The position numbers and the translations under genes are program-made. Shown piece by piece: positions 36,236-44,513 of a stretch of DNA of 44,513 nt. Each line of letters begins with the position of its first letter. Position 1 is the first letter of the stretch. The notes beneath the pieces are model-generated. The model was given only the letters and a program-made list of their open reading frames with translations. It had not been told where the DNA came from and ran no database searches. The stretch covers positions 1 through 44,513 of the forward strand of contig NW_021834885.1 of NCBI RefSeq assembly GCF_006345805.1, written 5' to 3'. This DNA is from Octopus sinensis (lineage: Eukaryota).

Positions 36236-36939
36236 GAGTTTCAAGCTTTTTCTAAGAGCCTATTCCATTAAAGTTCACGTTCTAAACTCTACATTCTATG
36301 TATTGAGTACTATCTACTGATTGTGACTAACCCTGTAAAAGAACCCTTCATTCATATGTGTATGTATGCGTATGTATGTGTGTGTATATATATATATATA
36401 TATGTTATATGTATGTATGTGTGGATATAAATAAGAGGCCATTTTGTTTTTGTTTATTACATTTCCAATGTATATTTATATATATATAATATAACCATGC
36501 TGGGAGATGGTGAGGTCAAACCATGCTGTTGATTATGATTTTGGAAACTGAAGACTAAAGCAATTTGCAGTCATTAAAAAAGAAACTAAAAATACAGAAA
36601 GGAAAAAAAAAACAATGAACAAACAAACTAAAAAGAACATGACTCTAGTAGTAGCAACAGTGGGTGATGATGGTCATGAAAGGAAAGGAGTGCAATTCTT
36701 AGAGGTGATCATCCAACCTTTAAACTGACCTACAGCTCTAGCTTGGTCAGATGGTTACAATAGATCAGTAAGGGACTTGTTCTTATCTCTGTGCATCTTC
36801 ATAAACAGACACACATCATTTTTGATGGTATATGAAGATGCACTTTTTGCCCCACTGAAGAAAAAAAGACCCCCAAAATTACCTATATGTGAAGTTGTGT
36901 TTTCCATATGCTTTTTTTCTTGAATATGCGCTTCTGAAG

Positions 36940-37242
36940 CCTCAGGCCAAGCAAAGCCTTGTGAGTGGATTTAGTAGCCCATTGTATATATATATATATT
37001 ATATATATATATATATATATGATTAATGTGTGTGTGTGTGTGTATGTCTGTATTTGTGTTCCTCAAATATCACTTGACAACTGATGCTGGTGTATTTATG
37101 TCCCCATAACTTAACAGTTCAGCAAAAGAGACCGATAGAATAAATACTAGGCTTACAAAGAATAAGTCCCAGGGTTTGATTTCTTTGAGGTGGTGCTCCA
37201 GCAAGGCCACAGTCAAATGACTGAAACAAGTAAAAGAATACA
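36940..37242 (+). mobile_element. SINE family B, 5'-truncated
   Basis: GCCTTGTGAGTGGATTT ... GACTGAAACAAGTAAAAG. Confidence 0.75.
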
Positions 37243-37439
37243 AGAGTTTAGGGCTGAGTGAAACTGGAGCAACATGAAACGAAGTGGTTCGCTCAAAAGC
37301 ACCACAATGCGCTGCCAGTCTGGGAACCGAGACCAGGTTTTTGGGACTGTGAAGAGGGAGGGCAACTTATTTCCTTCTCTACTGCTGCTACTGTTGCTGT
37401 TGAGTGAAGTGGTCTTTGTCCCAGAGCTCGCAGTGGGAG

Positions 37440-37665
37440 AAGTCCGAATCGTGGTCCTTTGCTATTCGTAAGACCCGCAGAAGAGAAAGCAGGTCAACCC
37501 CTGACACCGAGAGCATCGACGGATGGATGAATGCGCATCCAGGCTCAGCGGTTGCGTAGGATGTCGGGGACAAGAAACAGGAAGAAAGAGTGAGAGAAAG
37601 TTGGGGCGAAAGAGTACAACAGGGGTCGCCACCACACCCTGCCGGAACCTCGTGGAGCTTTTAGG
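37440..37665 (-). mobile_element. SINE family C-related fragment, third 3' module
   Basis: GAAACAGGAAGAAAGAGTGAGAGAAAG...CTCGTGGAGCTTT body with an unrelated-looking tail. Confidence 0.6.
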
Positions 37666-38477
37666 TTTTATCGCTACTGCTGCTGTTGCTACTACTGTAA
37701 GTCATGAACTAACCATTGATTAGTGGACTAGCGAAAAAAAACAAAAAAAACAATCCATGTGGTTAAATCTCTTTAAAAAAAAAAAACAAACTAGTAACAG
37801 CACAAAAATCAACATACAACCCAAGCATGGCTGGCAGCTGCAAACAAAAGAAAAGGGGGGTGGGGAATGGGGGGAAGGAAACAAATAATTGAAACAAAAC
37901 AAAAAGATACTCAAAGACAGACAGTATTAGAATAATGAGATTTATAATAATTTTGATTTCTAATGATCTCAAAAAAAAAAAAAAAAAAAAAATAACTGGT
38001 CGTAAACTTGGAGGGATACAGTTGATTAGATGAATCCCCAGTACATAACTGATACTTGAATAATTTAATTTTATTAAATCTGGAAGGAAGAAAGGCTGAA
38101 CTCAGAGCAGAAAGATGCATAAATTAAAACCCTGCGAGTTGTTTTGTTTTCTGTGAATTTACCAATTCCACTAATCAACTGCAATATATATCAAATTATG
38201 AAGTATCTACATAATTATAAACATGAAAAAAAAATTTTAATTAATTAATTTTTAATTAATTTTATTTTTCAAGATTTGTTATAAAAATCTTTATCATCTA
38301 AAAAAGAGGGGAATTTCTATTAATAATTTAACTAAACCAGTGTTTTTGCTATCCTTCAGCTTTCTTTTGAAATACCAATGATAATACACCACACCCCACT
38401 TTGCATGTATTTTTAAATGTATGTTTATTAAAAAAAAAAAAATCTTTCACAAACAAATTTACAGTATTTTGTAAAAA

Positions 38478-38878
38478 AGAGGAGTGGCTGTGTGGTAAGT
38501 AGCTTGCTAACCAACCACATGGTTCCAGGTTCAGTCCCACTGCATGGCATCTTGGGCAAGTGTCTTCTACTATAGCCTCGGGCCGACCAATGCCTTGTGA
38601 GTGGATTTGGTAGACGGAAACTGAAAGAAGCCTGTCGTATGTATATATATATATATGTATGTGTGTGTATGTGTTTGTGTGTCTGTGTTTGTCCCCCTAG
38701 CATTGCTTGACAACCGATGCTGGTGTGTTTATGTCGCCGTCACTTAGCGGTTCGGCAAAAGAGACCGATACAATAAGTACTGGGCTTACAAAGAATAAGT
38801 CCCGGGGGTCGATTTGCTCGACTAAAGGCGGTGCTCCAGCATGGCCGCAGTCAAAGGACTGAAACAAGTAAAAGAGAG
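38478..38878 (+). mobile_element. SINE family B, full length
   Basis: Near-consensus head, internal microsatellite and tail. Confidence 0.9.
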
Positions 38879-39342
38879 TTTCTATAATTATTATCATTGT
38901 CATCATGATTATTAACATTATAGGTTAGTTGATGTGAACTTGGAAATCCTGCTAGCAGACTTTAATGCCATGTTGAAGGGCGGTACCACAGGTTAAGTAA
39001 TTGAGAACCCCCACCCCACCCCACCCCAAACAAACACTGGTTTAACAAATTATTCTTTAACACCCTTTCGTTTTAATATCAAATAAAATCAAACATAATT
39101 CAATTAAGACCTTCCTCTCACCATCATTATACGTCTACTTTTCAATGCTGGGATTCAACAATGGGTTGGTTAGGTTTGCAATTTTATAAATAGATAGAAA
39201 AATAAAAAAAAGTTGTCATGTCTTTTACAGTATCTTTGCTACATCTACACATCTCAAAAGGCACACACACAAAAAAAGACCTCCAAGCCCACCCACCCAT
39301 ATATATATATATATATAGTGTTATGTTATATGCATTACTTAC

Positions 39343-39497
39343 TATCTGATACTTGATATGGAGACTGTAACATCTGATATGGACTGGGGCCTGGCTGGGG
39401 GTAATAGCTTGCGTTCTGGAAACCAAGCTGGCTGGTGTAGGTCTGCATGTTGTTGGCTTGTGATGCCGGTGCAGACAAGATATGGGAGTAAGAATTA
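39343..39497 (-). CDS. eya: Eyes absent-like exon (155 nt, phase 2 to 1): NSYSHILSAPASQANNMQTYTSQLGFQNASYYPQPGPSPYQMLQSPYQVSD
   Basis: Acceptor tttttttttacag|TAATTC and donor GATA|gtaagt. SYSHILSAPASQ matches the remembered vertebrate EYA motif PYPHILSTPA(A/S)QTM. Confidence 0.88.
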
Positions 39498-40060
39498 CTG
39501 TAAAAAAAAAGAATTTAAAAAAAATGATTTTTGAAAAGTAAACATAAAAAAGAATATAAAAAAAGTTGTGAAAAAATTTTGTAAAATATAAACGATGACC
39601 GTTCGGTTCAAAGTCTCTCTTGACCAGAAATGGCCTGAACTCTTTGCATGAACACCCTTCCTGTACACAACTCCATGTCCCTCTACATGGCCTTGCTTTT
39701 TGCTTTTTGAGCCAAAAAATTAACTTAACTTATAAACACAGAAGAACGGAAAAATAATATTCTTTTGTTGCAAAATTCCAGCCCCACTCCATCCCCCCCC
39801 ACTTTTTTTCCTTGTTGAAGGAATTTTGGAGTTGCTGTTTTGGTGGTAGATTTCTGATTTCACATATATTTTCCTAAAATGAAAGATTGCCTTAATTTTT
39901 CGATAATTTAATCTTTTATACTTGTATTATAATTTTTTTTTTTCCCAGTCAATCATTTTTGTGTTTAAATAAAAGACTTCCCCAGACAGAAAAATTATAA
40001 TTTGTAACTATATTGCAATGATATAAGATTGCTTGCACATTTTTAAAATGAATTTTGAAT

Positions 40061-40468
40061 AGGCGCAGGGGTGGCTGTGTGGTAAGTAGCTTGCTAACCA
40101 GCCACATGGTTCCGGGTTCAGTCCCACTGCGTGGCATCTTGGGCAAGTGTCTTCTGCTATAGCCTCGGGCCGACTGATGCCTTGTGAGTGGATTTGGTAG
40201 ACGGAAACTGAAAGAAGCCTGTCGTATATATATATATATGTGTGTGTGAGTTTGTGTGTCTGTGTTTGTCCCTCTAGCATTGCTTGACAACCGATGCTGG
40301 TGTGTTTACGTCCCCGTCACTTAGCAGTTCGGCAAAAGAGACCGATAGAATAAGTACTGGGCTTACAAAAGAATAAGTCCCGGGGTCGATTTGCTCGACT
40401 AAAGGCGGTGCTCCAGCATGGCCGCAGTCAAATGACTGAAACAAGTAAAAGAGTAAAAGAGTAAAGAG
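40061..40468 (+). mobile_element. SINE family B, full length with (TAAAAGAG)n tail
   Basis: Near-consensus; a head-only copy lies at about 40761-40910. Confidence 0.9.
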
Positions 40469-41029
40469 TATAATAATAAAACAATTTGAATATTACAGAA
40501 ACATGTAGCATAATCATTCTAATTCCTTTTCTTCGTTTTAGTCATTACACCTTTCTCCACACCTTTAGTTTTAAAGGCATGGCATTGCCATAACCCTTTG
40601 CATTCAAACTAGCCATATCAGGCCCAAATAGTCTATATTTTTTATGTGTTAAAACTGACCAGATCACGCCTCTCACAATTACTTGCAAATGTCATTCTAA
40701 AAAAAACACAAATGCACCATTTGAAATTTCAAAGCTACAAGGATTATGTATAATTAATTGTAGGCGCGGGCATGGCTGTGTGGTTAGGGAGCTTGCTTCC
40801 TAGCTACATGGTTTCGGGTTCAGTCCCACTGCATGGCACTTTGGGCAGGTGTCTTCCACTATAGCCCCGAGTCGACCGAAGCTTTGTGATTGAATTCGGT
40901 AGGCGGAAGTTACTGCCGTGTATGTATGTGTGCGTGTAGATGCTCAGTGCCTCTCCGAAAGAGAGAGAGAGGGGAATTCGGGCATGTAAAAAGCACCATT
41001 TGAGTGTGGTTGTTGCCAGTGCTGCCTTA

Positions 41030-41232
41030 CTGGCCATTGTGCTGGTGACAGGTAAAAAGCACCCACTACACTTTTGGAGTGGTTGGCGGCGTTAAGAAGG
41101 GCATCCAGCTGTAGAAACTTTGCCAGATCAGATTGGAGCCTGGTGCAGACTTCTGGCTTGCCAGCCCTCAGTTAAACCGTCCAACCCATGCTAGCATGGA
41201 AAGCGGACATTAAACGACGGTGATGATGATGA
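41030..41232 (+). mobile_element. Family E 3' end
   Basis: Reverse-complement homology to 29304-29475. Confidence 0.75.
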
Positions 41233-41414
41233 ATGCGAAGAAACAAGTAATATATTTGACAGACTAATCTAAATACTAAAGGCTTAAGGACTAGCAAAAA
41301 GTCCCACAAAACTACTGTATATTCCATTTTATAAATTGAATTTTTCAGACCAAAATTTACAGCCAAAGGAAATAGGCAGACTTATATGTATATATATGGA
41401 TATGTGTGTCTTAC

Positions 41415-41478
41415 CTGTTGAAATAATTTGGTGGATAATTTGAATTCTGATATTCTGTGGAACTTTTACTAGGATCAC
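41415..41478 (-). CDS. eya: Eyes absent-like gene, internal coding exon (64 nt, phase 1 to 2): (G)DPSKSSTEYQNSNYPPNYFN(S)
   Basis: Minus strand: polypyrimidine acceptor ttttattttcctatttcag|GTGATCC and donor AACAG|gtaaga. The terminal AG plus the first T of the next exon gives AGT (Ser) in frame. Symbol inferred from similarity of the spliced peptide to Eya N-termini. Confidence 0.8.
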
Positions 41479-41567
41479 CTGAAATAGGAAAATAAAAATA
41501 AATAAATGCTGAAAAATCAGTAGCTGACCTCCTTACAAAAAAGAAAAGAAAAAAGAACAAAAAAAAA

Positions 41568-41739
41568 AGGCGCAGGAGTGGCTGTGTGGTAAGTAGCTTG
41601 CTAACCAACCACATGGTTCCGGGTTCAGTCCCACTGCATGGCACCTTGGGCAAGTGTCTTCTATTATAGCCTCGGGCCGACCAAAGCCTTGTGAGTGGAT
41701 TTGGCAGACGGAAACTGAAAGAAGCCCGTCGTATATATG

Positions 41740-41770
<31 letters not shown>

Positions 41771-41958
41771 TTGTCACCCTAGCATTGCTTGACAACCGAT
41801 GCTGGTGTGTTTATGTCCCCGTTACTTAGCAGTTCGGCAAAAGAGACCAATAGGATAAGTACTGAGCTTACAAAAGAATAAGTCCCGGGGTCGAATTGCT
41901 CAATTAAAGGTGGTGCTCCAGCATGGCCGCAGTCAAATGACTGAAAAGAGTAAAGAGA
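41568..41958 (+). mobile_element. SINE family B, full length
   Basis: Near-consensus copy about 90 bp from the acceptor of the most 5' exon seen. Confidence 0.9.
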
Positions 41959-42069
41959 AGTCTCTCAAGAGAATATTTCTTACATGCATTCAGGATGGTT
42001 GAGGTGCTGCTACATGGGCAAACATCAAAGACTCTGAATCCAGTTGAAGGCTGGCCGGCCAACTATTTG

Positions 42070-42517
42070 TCAACCCTTTTACGGTAGTAACCAATCAGAG
42101 ACACCCACCTCAATATTTCATTACCCTTAACGGCAGAAAGCAGTTCTATGTATCAATCTATCTTTTCTTGGGGGAATGTCATGTTTGGAACTATCTCTTA
42201 CTGAGATATATGTCATGTTCATTGAGGCAACATGGCCTGCAGAATGCAGAAATTACCAATTTTATCTGTTTGGCAGATATTTAACATCATTACTAGAAGA
42301 ATAACCATGAAATTTAATTTCACAGTGAAAGGGTTAAGGGACCTTGTCAAACCTATGATCAAAGACATTCCAGCCATGACTGTCCTACTTTTTTTTTCCA
42401 GACATACTGAATTCACGACCAGATTATCCTATGTCCCTTACTTTTATTTTAACTCCTTTACTGCAGAAATCAGATATTTCCACTCAGAATTTCCTTACCC
42501 CTAACTTCAGAATGTAG

Positions 42518-42570
<53 letters not shown>

Positions 42571-42775
42571 ATATACACACACACACATATACACACACCA
42601 ATTATCTTTGTTGAGGAATGTCATGTTTGAAGCTACTTTCTCTTTATGTCAAGATATGCCAAGTTTATTGAAGCAAAGTGACTGGCAGAAAATACCAATT
42701 CTGTTTGTTTTGGTAGATGTTGAACATCATTTCAGGAATAACCATGAAATTTAATTTCACAGTTAAAAGGTGAAA
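42070..42775. mobile_element. Family I unit-spacer-unit
   Basis: Same unit, spacer and orientation as 6458-8370; (TA)n inserted in the second unit. Confidence 0.65.
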
Positions 42776-42956
42776 GACTCTCTTCTAACCCACAGACATG
42801 CTGTCTCCTCTCAGTGACTATTCAATTACCACTGCTACACCAGTTTCTGCTTTGCTGAGCTTAATTAGTTATATACTACTACTGCTACTACTACTACTTC
42901 TACTACTACAACCACCACCACCACCACCACCACCACTACTAATTATTTGTGGAAAA

Positions 42957-43219
42957 ACACAGCTTAGTGGTTAGGGCTCTGGATTCATGATTGTAAGATT
43001 GTAGTTTCAATTCCTGGACTGGGCAATAATGCAGACACATGGCCTAGTGGTTAGAGTGTTGGACTCATGATTCTAAGATTGTAGTTTCAAATCCTGGACT
43101 TTGCAGTAGTGGAGACACATGGCTGAGTGGTTAGGGTGTGGGACTCATGACTGTAAGATTGTAGTTTCAATTCCTGGACTGGGCGATGCATTGTGGTTCT
43201 TGAGCAAAACACTTCAGTA
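42957..43219 (+). repeat. Three tandem tRNA-like SINE heads (~79 bp each)
   Basis: ACAC(A)..GGC.(T/G)AGTGGTTAG...GGA(C/T)TCATGA...GTAGTTTCAA(T/A)TCCTGGACT at 42957, 43035 and 43115. Confidence 0.8.
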
Positions 43220-44431
43220 AAATAATATATATATATATATGTTATATATATAACACTTTAGTAAAATAAAATGACCATATAGAGACCTCCTAGTTGTCTT
43301 GAAACAGTTGCTGTTGGTGGCACCAGCAAGATTTCAAAGCCAGACAAATGTATAAGATGAGTAATAACAGATAAATATATCCTTTTCTATAAGAATGTGG
43401 TTTGTGAAGGCAGGGATCTGGCTGCTTTCTTTAGTAAAATAAAACGACCATATAGAAGCAGTGGCTGTTGGTGGCACCAGAAAGATTTCAAAGCCAGTCT
43501 ACAAGAATTAGAGTAGACAGGCCGTTGCCTCACTCACAGCATTTTGCCTTTGATTATAATAAAACAAGATACTCTCCACCCCCAAAGCACAAGAAAATAT
43601 CTGCAAGTCGCTCCACAACACCAACATGTTAGTTCTTAAAAAAACAAACTCATTTTACAGCCGGTAGCCACATAGTTTAACTGCAGCTTGCACACCCCAA
43701 AATCAAGGAGTTCAATTCTAAATGCCATTCCCCTGCTTTGCCCCCATTGGTGGGACACAAGATTTCATATTTGTTTTCTTGCTTGACTAGAAACTTTAAT
43801 TAAGAGTTTTTTGGGTTTTTTTCTCGCTTTTTTTTCTTTTTTCTTTTTAAGCGGTGCGGGGTTGGGTCGGGTCGGGTTGGGGGCTGAGGGTTGATTTCCT
43901 TTTCTTATTATACTTGCTTACTTTGTTTTTTTTTTTTTGCTTTCTTTTTTTTTTTAAAGAATATTTTTATTGCACTGCGTTCCGTTTTAAGATGTAAAAA
44001 AAAAAAAAAAAAAAAACTTCGCTTCTTGGAATGTTTTCAAGCTCAGTCTTTGTTATTTTATCGGCAATTGTTGTTGCTGTTGTTGTTGCTGCTGCTGCTG
44101 TTTTGGCTTTTGCAAACAACATATTTGTTCTTCACGGAACAGAAGGAAAACACGTACAAAACAAAACAAAACAAAACAAAAAAATACAAATAAATAAATA
44201 AATAAATAAAAAAAATCGGGAAAGCATCAAGAGGAAATGTTAAAGTGCATGCCTGCACATGTGGACGTAAATGCACCGAGTTCTTTTTTTGTTTTTTCCC
44301 TTCCCAAAATAGAAACCGCTCTCTCCTCTTGATTACCATGTGAACGCTTCTACACTGCAATTTTCATCTATTTTCAGGCCACAACACAAGGAATAAAGAT
44401 ACTAGGTGTTCCGGTACACTCCGTCTCTTTT

Positions 44432-44513
44432 TCTCTTTATACTTGTTTCAGTCATTTTGACTGCGGCCATGCTGGAGCACCGCCTTCAATCGAGCAACTC
44501 GACCCCGGGACTT
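44432..44513 (-). mobile_element. SINE family B tail (truncated by window edge)
   Basis: TACTTGTTTCAGTCATTTTGACTGCGGCCATGCTGGAGCACC. Confidence 0.8.

Noticed and set aside
42957-43219. Functional tRNA-Met cluster
   Set aside because: Acceptor and anticodon stems do not pair properly, and the third unit continues into a SINE body.

Overview
AT-rich, microsatellite- and SINE-saturated animal genomic DNA. The repeat families look like those of octopus (coleoid cephalopod); this is an inference, not a database result. The window lies inside one minus-strand gene. Five small exons found by hand (41415-41478, 39343-39497, 32538-32657, 10999-11054, 9139-9295) have GT/AG boundaries and matching phases and join into 184 codons of Pro/Ser/Thr/Tyr-rich protein. 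That protein resembles the N-terminal region of Eyes absent (Eya): SYSHILSAPASQ, GQSPY, GYTSQQ, PTYQLVE. The start codon and the catalytic Eya domain (WDLDET) were not seen and probably lie outside the window. The introns hold several tRNA-derived SINE families, hAT-, mariner- and piggyBac-type MITEs (some with clear target-site duplications) and a LINE 3' remnant. The most unusual structure is a 2.6-kb array of 22 copies of a ~119-bp promoterless SINE core+tail (21030-23647) in the 21.5-kb intron. Other notable items are an inverted SINE pair flanking a frame-neutral exon that also has a NAGNAG acceptor, a fold-back rearrangement at 29.8-30.4 kb, and modular SINE architecture. Almost all ORFs in the supplied track are microsatellite or repeat artefacts. 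Family letters (A, B, C...) are my own working labels, and repeat boundaries are approximate unless a TSD is quoted.
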